NCBI GenBank assembly: GCA_041599275.1
Contig: JBFHWX010000002.1
Location: 1 to 62,597 of the forward strand
From: Desulfobulbales bacterium
GTDB taxonomy: Bacteria > Desulfobacterota > Desulfobulbia > Desulfobulbales > BM004
Reading direction: 5' to 3'
Length of the DNA stretch: 62,597 bases
Position numbers and translations under genes: made by a program. This document shows, in pieces, positions 11,653 to 23,532 of the stretch (position 1 is its first letter; the number at the start of each line of letters is the position of its first letter). The notes beneath the pieces were generated by a model. It was not told the DNA's origin. It did no database searches and was given only the letters and a program-made list of their open reading frames with translations.

Positions 11653-12462
11653 ATGCTCGAGGTGTTGGAGCTGCCCTTCATGCAGCGGGCCCTGGCCGCC
11701 GGCCTCATGGTCGGATTTTTGGCCAGCTACTACGGGGTGTTCGTGGTCCAGCGGGGGCTCAGCTTCATGGGCAACGGCCTGGCCCATGCCGCCTTTGGCG
11801 GCGTCGCCCTGGGGCTGCTTCTCGAGCAGGAGCCGCTCTGGCTGGCGGTTCCCTTCACTCTGCTGGTGGCCGTGGCCATCACCTGGGTGAAGCAGCGCAC
11901 CGAACTGGCCTCCGACACGGTGATCGGCGTCTTTTTCGCGGTGTCCATGGCCCTTGGCATCATCTTTCTGTCCCTCAAGAAGCAGTACTCCGCCGACGCC
12001 TTCTCCTATCTGTTCGGTTCGATCCTGGCGGTGACCAGCGTCGATCTCTGGGTCACCGGAGCCACGGTGGTAGTGGCCCTCTGCACCCGGCCGCTCTGGG
12101 GGCGCTGGGCCTACGCCACCTTCGACCGGGATCTCGCCCGAAGTGACCGGGTGCCGGTGGTGGTGGACGAGTATCTTCTGTCCGGGCTGCTGGCGGTGAC
12201 CATCGTGGTGGCGGTGAAGGTGGTGGGCATCGTGCTCATCTCCGCCTTTCTGGTGATTCCCGCCGCCGCCGCCCGCCTGGTGGTGCGGCGCTTTGCGGCG
12301 ATGACCCGTTTTTCTGTACTGTTCGGCTCCTTGAGCGTCTTTTTCGGCCTCTGGGGCTCGTATCTGCTCGACGTGCCCAGCGGCGCCGCCATCGTCCTGC
12401 TGCAGACCGGGATCTTCCTGGCCTGCCTGGCCTTTTCGTCCCTGGGCCGCTCCGCCGGCTAA
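11653..12462 (+). CDS. znuB: metal ABC transporter permease (ABC-3 / ZnuB family)
   Basis: 269-aa multi-TM ORF, MLEVLELPFMQRALAAGLMVGFLASYYGVFVVQRGLSFMGNGLAHAAFGG, typical of the ABC-3 family. The symbol is tentative. Confidence 0.85.
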   Translation: MLEVLELPFMQRALAAGLMVGFLASYYGVFVVQRGLSFMGNGLAHAAFGGVALGLLLEQEPLWLAVPFTLLVAVAITWVKQRTELASDTVIGVFFAVSMALGIIFLSLKKQYSADAFSYLFGSILAVTSVDLWVTGATVVVALCTRPLWGRWAYATFDRDLARSDRVPVVVDEYLLSGLLAVTIVVAVKVVGIVLISAFLVIPAAAARLVVRRFAAMTRFSVLFGSLSVFFGLWGSYLLDVPSGAAIVLLQTGIFLACLAFSSLGRSAG

Positions 12463-13190
12463 CCGTTGTTCTCCATTTCCAGCAGGGCAGCCACCTCGCG
12501 CTCCAGCCTTTCCGCCAGTTTCTGCTTGTCCTTGGAGGTGTAGCCCTCGGTGGAGAGGGGCTTGCCCACCCGGATCGTGGCCCGGCCCGGCTGGGCGAGG
12601 AGTTTGCCCTTGGGCAGGATGCGGTGGGTGCCGGAGATCGCCACCGGCACCAGCGGCACCCCCGCCTTGATGGCCAGGACCATGGCGCCGGCCTTGAAGG
12701 GCTGCAGCCTGCCGTCCGGTGAACGGGTGCCTTCGGGGAAGATGATCACCGAGGTGCCTTCGGCTATGCGGCGGGCCGCTTCGACCAGGCTCTTCATGGC
12801 GGCCTTGCCGTGGGAGCGGTCCACCGGGATGTAGCCTGCCCGGCGCATGGCGGTGCCCCAGACCGGTACCCGGAAGAGCTCCTCCTTGGCCATCCAGCGG
12901 AAGTCGGCGTCGAGATAGCCTTGCAGGGCCATGATGTCGAACTGGCTCTGGTGGTTGGCGGCCAGGATCACCGGCCGGCCCGGTTCGAGGTTCTCGAGGC
13001 CCTCGACCCGCACCCGGACGCCGGCCAGCCGGCAGAGAAAGCGGCCCCAGAAGCTGACCATGGCGGTCACCGAGCGGGCCGGACGGTTCAGCAGGACGAT
13101 GGCGACCAGGGCGGCCAGGCTCACCGCCAGGGTGGCAAGGGGGGCGAGGAGGAGAAAGACCAGGGCGCGGAGCAGGTGGATCGCTTTCAT
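12459..13190 (-). CDS. plsC: 1-acyl-sn-glycerol-3-phosphate acyltransferase
   Basis: 243 aa with an N-terminal TM segment, acyltransferase HX4D motif NHQSQFD, and FPEGTRS. Confidence 0.9.
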   Translation of the reverse strand: MKAIHLLRALVFLLLAPLATLAVSLAALVAIVLLNRPARSVTAMVSFWGRFLCRLAGVRVRVEGLENLEPGRPVILAANHQSQFDIMALQGYLDADFRWMAKEELFRVPVWGTAMRRAGYIPVDRSHGKAAMKSLVEAARRIAEGTSVIIFPEGTRSPDGRLQPFKAGAMVLAIKAGVPLVPVAISGTHRILPKGKLLAQPGRATIRVGKPLSTEGYTSKDKQKLAERLEREVAALLEMENNG

Positions 13191-13231
13191 CGAACGGGAT
13201 TCGGGATGTGGTGGCGCGAGGTCGGAGAAGG

Positions 13232-14395
13232 TCAGCGGTTTTCCGCGACTTCGGCCATGGGGTTGAGCAACTCCTTCTGGGATTCTTCAAGGAGGCGGCG
13301 CGGGGCGGTGAGGAAGGGTTCCGACCGGTTGTGGGGGCAGATGAACCCCTTGCTCGAAAAGGTGGTGAACATGTTCAGGTGCTCCCAGCGGGCGATGTAG
13401 TAGTCGATGAGGCTCGGCAGCTCCGAGTAGATGGTGGCCTCTGGTTTGGGATCGACGAAGCTCGAGCGCGCCAGTTTTGCCGCCGACAGGGTCTGGGTCT
13501 TGTAGAAGTACTCGAGAAAGATGAGCTCTGCCGGAATCCGGGCCTTGACGCCGATACGGCCGAGCACCCGGATGAACCAGGCCATCACCGTCTTGGCCAT
13601 GCGGGCCACCGGGTAGGGCACGTAGATCTCTTTGGGGGTCTTGAGTTCCATGTAGCTCTTGATGGTGAGAATGAGCTTGCAGAGCTCGATGGGCTCCCGG
13701 TCCACGAAATTGTAGGTTTCTCCGGAAAATTCCGCTCGTTTTTCGAGGACGTGGTGGATGAACAGGGGAAGCTTGTCGGCGTTGGTGTAGGAGTGCATGA
13801 CGCCCTTGCGGGTGAGCATCAGCGGCATGGCCTGGTCGACGATGGAGAAGAGCAGCCGGTGGACGCCCTGGATCTTGTGGTCGTGCTGGCCGTAGACCAC
13901 GCCGAGGCGGATGACCGTATAGTCGAGGCCGAGATCGCGGTGCATGCGGGCGAGGGTCATCTCGGTCATCAGCTTCGACTTGGCGTAGTTGGAGAGCCCC
14001 GGGGAAAGGGGCAGGTGGTCCTCCTCGGTGAGGTTCTCGCCGTTCGGCATGGTCACCGCCGAACTCATGTGGATATAGGGGATCCCGAGGGCGAGCGCCG
14101 CCCGGGCCAGGTGGATGGAGCCCAGGTAGTTGACCTCGTAGGCCATTTGGGCGTCGGAATCGATGGCGGCGATGGCGCAGTTGACCACGAAGGCGGGCTT
14201 GTGCTTCTTGAAATAGCTCTTGATGTCCTCGGGGTCCCGGATACTGAGCTTCTTGCTGTTCGGGGCCCGGATCTCGAGTTCGTTGGAGACCTTGGTCTTG
14301 AAATAATGGGTGATGTAGCCGCCGATCAGCCCGGACCCTCCGACCAGGATCCCAACTTTTTTGCGGTGCGGCTCGGGCGTGTCAACTTCGGTCAT
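13232..14395 (-). CDS. NAD-dependent epimerase/dehydratase (SDR) family protein
   Basis: Lies within ORF 13232..14434. Rossmann motif GGSGLIGG and catalytic YAKSK (YxxxK). I placed the start at the ATG at 14395, because the ORF-track start is a TTG with no SD. Confidence 0.8.
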   Translation of the reverse strand: MTEVDTPEPHRKKVGILVGGSGLIGGYITHYFKTKVSNELEIRAPNSKKLSIRDPEDIKSYFKKHKPAFVVNCAIAAIDSDAQMAYEVNYLGSIHLARAALALGIPYIHMSSAVTMPNGENLTEEDHLPLSPGLSNYAKSKLMTEMTLARMHRDLGLDYTVIRLGVVYGQHDHKIQGVHRLLFSIVDQAMPLMLTRKGVMHSYTNADKLPLFIHHVLEKRAEFSGETYNFVDREPIELCKLILTIKSYMELKTPKEIYVPYPVARMAKTVMAWFIRVLGRIGVKARIPAELIFLEYFYKTQTLSAAKLARSSFVDPKPEATIYSELPSLIDYYIARWEHLNMFTTFSSKGFICPHNRSEPFLTAPRRLLEESQKELLNPMAEVAENR

Positions 14396-14679
14396 CGGGT
14401 CAGTCCGGGTCAGTGGGAATTCGTGGAAAGGCAAAGGCGGTTGTTGTTCGTGTTTTTGTGGTAAAGGTCAGGGGCGGTCGCCAGGGAGCCGCCGGGTGTT
14501 TGCCGCCGCGCCGGAGGCCACCGGCACGGGCAGAAAAAGGTTTTTCTCGAAGCTGAACGCTAAATGGTTCATAATCGTTCTCCCAGGCGAAGTCAAGATG
14601 TTGGCGGAGACGGGATCTGACGGAATTTGCGTCCCGTTTCGGAGAGTTTTTTTCAAGAGAATGTGAAGAAGGGGGGAAG

Positions 14680-16032
14680 ATGGGTTGTTTCAAGGCGTAC
14701 GATATCCGGGGCCGGGTGCCCGAGGAGTTGAACGAAGAACTGGCCCGGCGGATAGGCGCCGCCTATGCCGTGCTCTTCAAGCCGCGGGCGGTGGCCATCG
14801 GCCGCGACGTGCGGCTTTCGAGCCCCGGCCTGGCCGCCGCCCTGGCCGAGGGGCTCACCGCCCACGGGGTGGATGTCCTCGACCTCGGGCTGTGCGGCAC
14901 CGAGGAGGTCTATTTCGCCGTTTTTCACCACCGGCTCGACGGCGGCATCATGGTCACCGCCAGCCATAACCCCATGGAATACAACGGTATGAAGTTCGTC
15001 CGTGAGGGGGCGCAACCGGTGAGCGGCGACACCGGCCTGCGGGAGATCGAGGCCATGGTGGCTTCGAGTGTGCCGCCGCCCGAGGCGGGCGTCAGCCCGG
15101 GCATGGTGCGGCCTCTCGACACCCGGCCGGCTTTCATCGAGCACCTGTTGGGCTATATCGAGCCGGCGGTGCTGCGGCCGCTTACCGTGGTGGTCAACTC
15201 CGGCAACGGCGGGGCCGGCCGGGTGGTGGACCTGCTGGCCGAACGGCTGCCCTTTCGCTTCGTGCGGCTGCAGCACGAGCCCGACGGCTCCTTTCCCAAC
15301 GGCGTGCCCAACCCGCTGCTGCCGGAGAACCGAGAGCTCACCGCCCAGGCGGTGCGAAAGCACGGCGCCGATCTCGGGGTGGCCTGGGACGGGGACTTCG
15401 ATCGTTGTTTTCTCTACGACGAGACCGGCGGTTTTGTGGAAGGCTACTATATGGTGGCGCTGCTGGCCCGCGCCCTGCTCGCCCGCCATCCCGGCGCGCG
15501 GATCATCCACGACCCGCGCCTGGTGTGGAACACTCAAGTTGAGGTGGAGGCGGCGGGCGGGGTGCCGGTGATGAGCAAGACAGGCCATGCCTTCATCAAG
15601 GAGCGCATGCGCCGGGAAGACGCTTTGTACGGCGGCGAGATGTCGGCCCACCATTATTTCCGGGATTTCGCCTACTGCGACTCGGGTATGATCCCCTGGC
15701 TGCTGGTGGCCGAGATCCTCTGCCGCTCCGGCAGGCCACTTTCCCGCCTGGTGGGCTCCTACCAGGAGGCCTTTCCGGTGAGCGGCGAGATCAATTCGCG
15801 GGTGGCCGACCCGGCAGCGGTGCTGGCCCGCATCGAGTCCTTCTACCGGAGTCTGCCGGGGGTAAGGGTGGACCGCACCGACGGCCTTTCCATGGAATTT
15901 GGTGATTTTCGTTTCAATGTCCGTTCCTCCAACACCGAACCGGTGTTGCGCCTGAACGTCGAAACCCGGGGCGACCGGCAGCTGCTGGCCGACCGCACCG
16001 AGGAGCTGCTCGGCCTGATCCGTACTTTCTGA
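14680..16032 (+). CDS. phosphomannomutase/phosphoglucomutase
   Basis: 450 aa. [11 protein letters not shown], active-site loop [14 protein letters not shown], and metal loop [10 protein letters not shown]. Confidence 0.9.
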   Translation: MGCFKAYDIRGRVPEELNEELARRIGAAYAVLFKPRAVAIGRDVRLSSPGLAAALAEGLTAHGVDVLDLGLCGTEEVYFAVFHHRLDGGIMVTASHNPMEYNGMKFVREGAQPVSGDTGLREIEAMVASSVPPPEAGVSPGMVRPLDTRPAFIEHLLGYIEPAVLRPLTVVVNSGNGGAGRVVDLLAERLPFRFVRLQHEPDGSFPNGVPNPLLPENRELTAQAVRKHGADLGVAWDGDFDRCFLYDETGGFVEGYYMVALLARALLARHPGARIIHDPRLVWNTQVEVEAAGGVPVMSKTGHAFIKERMRREDALYGGEMSAHHYFRDFAYCDSGMIPWLLVAEILCRSGRPLSRLVGSYQEAFPVSGEINSRVADPAAVLARIESFYRSLPGVRVDRTDGLSMEFGDFRFNVRSSNTEPVLRLNVETRGDRQLLADRTEELLGLIRTF

Positions 16033-16058
16033 ATTGCCGGACGGCGGGTCAAAAAAAG

Positions 16059-16087
16059 AAAAACCCGCCAGGCGGCGGGTTTTTCTT
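16059..16087. terminator. intrinsic terminator between the phosphomannomutase gene and icd (convergent)
   Basis: AAAAACCCGCC-AGGC-GGCGGGTTTTT hairpin with flanking A and T runs. Confidence 0.75.
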
Positions 16088-16110
16088 CTCGGGGTCGACC
16101 CTTCCGGAGA

Positions 16111-18387
<2,277 letters not shown>

Positions 18388-18628
18388 CTAAAATTCTGTC
18401 TGGCTTGCGGCTTGGCGCCCGCACCCTGCCGTCGCCGGGCAGTTGCTGGTGCAGAAAAATCCGTTCGAACGGGGAAAGGTGAAAAAAACGTCGAAGGGGC
18501 CGACGGGCTCGAGCCGATGGGCGTGTGGCACTTCCAGCCTGCCGCAGGAGGAAGATGAAAAAAATAGCACATACGGTTTTGCATTGCAAATATGATGTTC
18601 TTCCGGCCCGGCCGTGGGAGGGGAGGCC

Positions 18629-19375
18629 ATGAAACGGCGGTGGTCATCGTCTCTCGGTTCCCTGGGTGAGGCCCTGCTGGATCTCTGCTTCCCGCCCCGC
18701 TGCCTTGGCTGTGGGGTTCTGTTGCCGGCGCCGGGCCGGTTTTTCTTCTGCCTCTGCTGCGGCGAAAATCTGGTGCCGATCCGTGAGCCTATCTGTACTT
18801 GCTGCGGCAGGATGTTGCGCTCGGCTGCCGGTGGCAACCGCCTGTGCGGATTGTGCCTGGCTGGAAACCGTCATTTTGACCTGGCCCGGGCACTTTTTCT
18901 CTACAAGGGGCCGCTCCTGCCCCCTCTGCATGCCTTCAAGTACCTGGGCGACAGGAGCTGCCTTTCTTCCTTTGCCGCAGCCATGGAGCGGTGGCCGTTT
19001 GGGGCCGACCTGGGGGAGATCGACTGGCTGCTGCCCGTCCCCCTCGCTGCCGGGCGCCTTCGGGAGCGGGGTTTCAATCAGGCCCTGGAACTTGCCCGGG
19101 CTCTCTTTCCCGCCTGGCGGGCTCGCATCCGCATTGACCTGCTCCGCCGCGTTGGTGAGCGGCCGCCGCAGACTTCCCTTGCCGGAGCCGCGCGACGCCG
19201 TAATGTCAAGGGCGTCTTCGAGGCCGAAGCCTCCGAGAGCCTGCGGGGGAAGACGGTGCTGCTGGTGGATGACGTCTATACCACCGGTGCGACGGTGAGC
19301 GAATGCGCCCGGGTGTTGCGACGGGCCGGCGCCGGCATGGTTCGGGTTTTCACCCTGGCCCGGGTGGAAGAATGA
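18629..19375 (+). CDS. comF: ComF family protein (phosphoribosyltransferase-like)
   Basis: Lies within ORF 18614..19375. An N-terminal double CxxC zinc finger (CLGCG, CLCCG / CTCCG, CGLC) and a C-terminal PRTase motif VLLVDDVYTTGATV. The start is the ATG at 18629 after GGAGG; the GTG at 18614 is an alternative. Confidence 0.85.
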   Translation: MKRRWSSSLGSLGEALLDLCFPPRCLGCGVLLPAPGRFFFCLCCGENLVPIREPICTCCGRMLRSAAGGNRLCGLCLAGNRHFDLARALFLYKGPLLPPLHAFKYLGDRSCLSSFAAAMERWPFGADLGEIDWLLPVPLAAGRLRERGFNQALELARALFPAWRARIRIDLLRRVGERPPQTSLAGAARRRNVKGVFEAEASESLRGKTVLLVDDVYTTGATVSECARVLRRAGAGMVRVFTLARVEE

Positions 19376-19767
19376 GGAAAAACCGTTTTTGGTGATTGGC
19401 CGTGCTTTTCGGTGTTTTTTCCGAAAATGACCCCTTCCCGACGGTGCCGGTGAAGCCTGGTCATGGAAGGGGCAACTCTTTTTTGCCGCCCTCGCTCCGA
19501 GCTTTCTTTCTAGTTTGTTGAATATATATGGAAAAAATTCATTTGCCGGCGGCGGGCAACCTTTGTGCGCCATTTTCTTGTCAGAGATTGAGGGGTTAGC
19601 TCGCTGGTGTTACATTGTGTCAGTGCGTCATGGCTGGTCTTTGAAGATTAATGATGTATATTCATGTTGTTGTCGTGTTTTGTTGCGGGCCGCTGGAAGC
19701 ATTCTTCTTCGAGGGAAAAAGTGCCGAAAAGGGATTGCCCGTAATTGCGAGAGAAAACGGTTTTAAA

Positions 19768-19824
19768 GGAGAAAAATGGAGATATTCGGAGAAAATGGAA
19801 GATATCGCGAGATATGTTGAGATT
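19768..19824 (+). repeat. short tandem repeats (GGAGAAAA(A)TGGA(A)GATAT x2 plus GAGATAT/GAGATT at ~10-bp spacing)
   Basis: Direct reading: GGAGAAAAATGGAGATATTC / GGAGAAAATGGAAGATATCG / CGAGATATGTTGAGATT, ending 17 bp before the DnaA box. Confidence 0.7.
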
Positions 19825-19840
19825 AAACAAAAGCGAATAT

Positions 19841-19849
19841 TGTGGATAA
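19841..19849 (-). promoter_or_regulatory. DnaA box (perfect TTATCCACA on the minus strand)
   Basis: TGTGGATAA at 19841-19849. A 7/9 box, CTAACCACA, lies at 19866-19874 in the opposite orientation. Confidence 0.7.
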
Positions 19850-20515
19850 CTCTGGGGAGATTTTTCTAACCACATGATTTTTTGTCTTATTTTCAATTTG
19901 CCGGAAAAGGATCGGATTTCAGGGGCCATAGCCCTGCGCCGTCGGGTAACTGCTCGATTGAGGGGGGTTCTTCGGCTGTGTAAATCCGGCCGCGCCCACC
20001 ATGAGAAATCTGGTGAAATCGTCTTTGACGGCGGAAGGGGATTTGAGTAATTACATCACCGTTCCGCAGGGAATCCGGCTGTGAAAAGTTTTATGACAGC
20101 CGCACGCTCCCTCGCAATTATTTGCATCATGAGGGCGCCGGGAGTTGGCTCCGCCGGTCGACCACCGAGGGTGGCCGGTTGCCGCCTCCCCGCCCCATGG
20201 CAACAGGGCTGCATCACCGTCGCAACCCTGTTTGGTGTCGCCGCTTCCTGCCCCGTACAGTTTTCCGGCGCAGGCAGGGGTGTTCGGTTCGGGGCTTTGG
20301 CCGTGTGCCAAGTGAACAGGCTCGATCCGTTCCTCAGTGTCCAGCTCAAGGGATAGGGGGAGGCCCCCCCGCAAGGGGCTTTCGCTCTTGGGCATGGCTG
20401 GCAACAAGTCTGAACCCGTCAGCGCTCTCCCCGTGTTTCTCCTGGCGGGAAGTTTGGCCGTTTGGCCGGGCCGGAAGGCTTTTTGCAATGCCTTTGACCA
20501 AATTCATTTTTCACT

Positions 20516-21856
20516 ATGGTGTTCTCCATGCTTTGGCAGAAGTTGAAAGGAGCTTTGAAAGAATCCCTGGCAGATGCCGACTATTCGCTCTGGATCAATC
20601 CTCTGGTCTGCGTTCGGCAGGATGACGAGGTCCTCGAGCTTGCCTGTCCCGACCGGTATTTCAGCGTCTGGCTGCGCGATAAGTTCCTGCCGGTCATGCA
20701 GAGCTGCCTGCGTGACACCTGCGAGGCCCGCCAGCGTATCGAGCTGGTCGTCGACTCCGGTGGCCGCGTTCTCGAAACGCGGGCGCCGAAGCCGGCGGAG
20801 CAGCTTCGTTTTCCCACCATGCCGGTGGCCACCTCCTTTGTCCGCAACCTGCACCCGCGTTATACCTTCGACGAATTCATGGTGGGCGACTGCAACCAGT
20901 TGGCCCAGACCGCCTGCCAATCCCTGGCCCGGGGCGACCTGTCCTACGGCCAGACCGTGTACGTCAACGCCTCCACCGGTCTCGGCAAGAGCCACCTGAC
21001 CCATGCGGTGGCCCACGACATCATCAACCACGCGCCGGGCACCCGCCTGCACTACCTGACCCTGCAGCAGTTTTCTTCCGAGATGGTGGCCAACATCAAG
21101 GCCAACGCCATGGATGCCTTCAAGGAGAAGTATTCCCGGGGCTGCGACATGCTGCTCATCGAGGACGTCCATTCCCTGAACGGCAAGAAGAAGACCCAGG
21201 CGGAGCTCTCGGAGATTCTCGATTTTCTGTTGAAGAGCGGCAAGCGGGTGATCTTCACTGGCGCCCAGGGGCCGCGGGACATTCTCAATATCGACGATTC
21301 AGTACGGTCGCGCATGGCAGCGGGGCTGATCACCACCATCAACCCGCCGGACTTCGAGACCCGGATGAAGATCATCCGCCGCAAGGCCCTGAACTGCAAT
21401 CTGCCCCTCTCGGACGATCTCATCTCCTACCTCGCCCGCCATCTGCGGGGTGACATCCGCCAGGTGGAGAGCGCCATCGTCGGCCTCAAGGCCAAATCGA
21501 GCCTGCTGCGTTCCGCCCCCAGCCTGGCCATGGCCCGGGAGATCGTGCAGAGCATCGTCGGCACGGCGAGCGACCTCTCCATCGACCGGATCCGCGAATT
21601 CGTGGCCGACCAGTTCAAGGTGACGGTGCAGGACCTGCAGTCCAGGTCGCGCAAGAAGCACATCGCCTTTCCCCGCCAGGTTTCCATGTACCTGGCCCGC
21701 AAGCTCACCGAGGAGCCCCTGACCGGCATCGGCCGGGCCTTCAACCGGGACCATTCCACGGTGCTCCATTCCATCAAGGTGGTGACCGAGGCCATGGCCC
21801 GCAACAGCTCGGTGCGCGGCCAGGTGGATCTGCTGGCCGCAAAGCTCAAGAAATAG
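20516..21856 (+). CDS. dnaA: chromosomal replication initiator protein DnaA
   Basis: 446 aa. The N-terminus MVFSMLWQKL... parallels E. coli MSLSLWQQ. Walker A GLGKSHL, Walker B LLIEDVH, and a C-terminal DNA-binding domain (RDHSTVLHS). Confidence 0.95.
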   Translation: MVFSMLWQKLKGALKESLADADYSLWINPLVCVRQDDEVLELACPDRYFSVWLRDKFLPVMQSCLRDTCEARQRIELVVDSGGRVLETRAPKPAEQLRFPTMPVATSFVRNLHPRYTFDEFMVGDCNQLAQTACQSLARGDLSYGQTVYVNASTGLGKSHLTHAVAHDIINHAPGTRLHYLTLQQFSSEMVANIKANAMDAFKEKYSRGCDMLLIEDVHSLNGKKKTQAELSEILDFLLKSGKRVIFTGAQGPRDILNIDDSVRSRMAAGLITTINPPDFETRMKIIRRKALNCNLPLSDDLISYLARHLRGDIRQVESAIVGLKAKSSLLRSAPSLAMAREIVQSIVGTASDLSIDRIREFVADQFKVTVQDLQSRSRKKHIAFPRQVSMYLARKLTEEPLTGIGRAFNRDHSTVLHSIKVVTEAMARNSSVRGQVDLLAAKLKK

Positions 21857-21874
21857 CCGCTGTTCGCTCTGCCC

Positions 21875-21917
21875 AAAAAATCCCCCGTGCCCTGTCCAAG
21901 GCCGGGGGATTTTTTTG
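21875..21917 (+). terminator. intrinsic terminator after dnaA
   Basis: AAAAAATCCCCCG ... CGGGGGATTTTTTT hairpin plus T-run. Confidence 0.8.
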
Positions 21918-22105
21918 TGGCGGGATGCCGCTCTGTTTCAGAAGTGATGGCTAAGCGAAAACTCCGGTCTTCGGCGTCGTCGCGGGTTTTCGGGTGCTCG
22001 ACAGAGCTGATGTATGCCCCGGCGCCTTCGACACCACTACTTTATTGTACCTCAAAGTTTTCGCTGGGCCATCTTCAGCGGTACGATGGCCTTCTTGCGA
22101 GTCCA

Positions 22106-23503
22106 TCAGAAGTAGATCTTCTTGACTTCCGTCTCCTCCGTGCCGTCGTTCTGGCCGGCGGCCAGTTCTGCGGCCAGCCGTTTGCCGGTCTTGGTCATGT
22201 CGTTGATGCCGATTCCCTCCCAGCCGAAACCGCAGACAAAGAGGCCGGGAACCTGCTGCTGCAACTTGTCGCGCCAGGCGAGCAGTCCCTGGTGGCCGAG
22301 CTCGAGTTGGGGAATCGCATGTTTTGGCCGCAGCACCCGGGCATAGACGGGGGGCTCCGGCAGAGGCAGGAGCCGGGAGAGGTCGTCGCAGGTTCGCTCG
22401 ATCAGCTCGGCGTCGTCGAGTTCGAGCCGTTCCGGGTGGCGTCGGCCGCCCACCAACGCCTCCAGCATGACATGGCCGTCCGGCGCCCGGCCCGGGAACA
22501 TGTGGGTGGAGAAGAGGGCGCCGAGGGCGAAGCGCTTTTCGCTTTCCGGCGCCAGGAAGCCGAAGCCGAAGGGGATTTCGGCCCGCTCGGCGGCAAAGCC
22601 CAGCACCACGTTGGCGATCCGCGCCTGGCCGAGGCGGGCGACGGGCGGCGGCTCCTCGGTGAACGCCGCCTCATGCAGGAGCTTGAGTCCCTGGTTGGCC
22701 GACAGGGCCAGCACCAGGGAACGGCAGGAATAGCGGTTGCCCTCGGTCTCCACCTCGAAACCGCCTTCCGAGCGGCCGATCCGTACCACGGGCGAGTGGC
22801 AGCGCACCGGCAGCCCCTCGGCCAGTCCCTCGACCAGCCGCCCCATGCCCCGGGAGAAGCTGACCATGGACGGCAGTTCCTTTTTCGGGGAACCGTTTCT
22901 CTTCTTTTTTTCCTTCAGCTTGCCCAGCAGGCCGCGGAGCACCGAGCCCGATCGGAGCTCGAGCCCACGCACCCCCGGCATGGTGGCATCGATGGAGAGT
23001 TTTTCGAAATTACCGGCGTAGGTGCCGGTGAACACGGCGTCGGCAAAGGGCAGAAGGGCCGGGCCGAAGCGGTGCTCGACCCAGCGGGCCACGGTCTGCT
23101 CGCCAAGGAGTGGTTTTTTCCAGAGGTCGGCCAGCACCCGGAGCTTGGCGGTGAGCGGCAGGAGGTTGGAGGCGATGATTTTTTGAGGGCTCTGGGGAAT
23201 GAGCCGCAGCTCGCCGTTCAGGCAGATGTAGCGCACGAAGCGGCCAAGCGGCGCCTTCTGGGCCTCGTACTCGAGGCCGGTGTCGGCCAGGATCTCGCAG
23301 CTCGCCTCCGAGTTGTCGAGGAAACCGTGGGGGCCCCACTCGGCGAGGTAACCCTGGTCGTGCAGGCTTTCGACGGCGCCGCCGGGCCGCTCGCCTTTTT
23401 CGAGGATGAGGAACTCGGCGTTTTTCTTTTTCTTCTTGAGAAAATGGCCGACCGCCAGGCCCGAGAGGCCGCCGCCGACGATGATGGTGTCCAGTTTGTC
23501 CAT
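22106..23503 (-). CDS. hemY: protoporphyrinogen/coproporphyrinogen oxidase-like FAD-dependent oxidoreductase (HemY family)
   Basis: Lies within ORF 22106..24265. I placed the start at the ATG at 23503 (MDKLDTIIVGGGLSGLAVGHFL, FAD GxGxxG). The upstream part of the ORF overlaps the neighbouring gene in a different reading frame. The symbol is tentative. Confidence 0.75.
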   Translation of the reverse strand: MDKLDTIIVGGGLSGLAVGHFLKKKKKNAEFLILEKGERPGGAVESLHDQGYLAEWGPHGFLDNSEASCEILADTGLEYEAQKAPLGRFVRYICLNGELRLIPQSPQKIIASNLLPLTAKLRVLADLWKKPLLGEQTVARWVEHRFGPALLPFADAVFTGTYAGNFEKLSIDATMPGVRGLELRSGSVLRGLLGKLKEKKKRNGSPKKELPSMVSFSRGMGRLVEGLAEGLPVRCHSPVVRIGRSEGGFEVETEGNRYSCRSLVLALSANQGLKLLHEAAFTEEPPPVARLGQARIANVVLGFAAERAEIPFGFGFLAPESEKRFALGALFSTHMFPGRAPDGHVMLEALVGGRRHPERLELDDAELIERTCDDLSRLLPLPEPPVYARVLRPKHAIPQLELGHQGLLAWRDKLQQQVPGLFVCGFGWEGIGINDMTKTGKRLAAELAAGQNDGTEETEVKKIYF

Positions 23504-23532
23504 GAGAGAAGTCCTCGCCCGGAGGGGGTTTT

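Larger units (their letters stand above)
19500..19920. other. AT-rich non-coding stretch upstream of dnaA; candidate oriC / dnaA control region
   Basis: A marked drop in GC relative to the flanks, no credible ORF, a perfect DnaA box, and A/T-rich short repeats. Confidence 0.5.

Noticed and set aside
18525-18545. A sigma54-like promoter, TGGCACTTCCAGCCTGC, upstream of comF.
   Set aside because: The GC of the -12 element is displaced by 2 nt from the required GG-N10-GC spacing, and the TTGC element is absent.
19768-19824. Short tandem repeats checked as a possible CRISPR array or iteron cluster.
   Set aside because: There are only about 2.5 units of ~20 nt, with no spacers, and no cas genes anywhere in the window. 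They are better explained as part of the AT-rich dnaA-upstream/oriC region.
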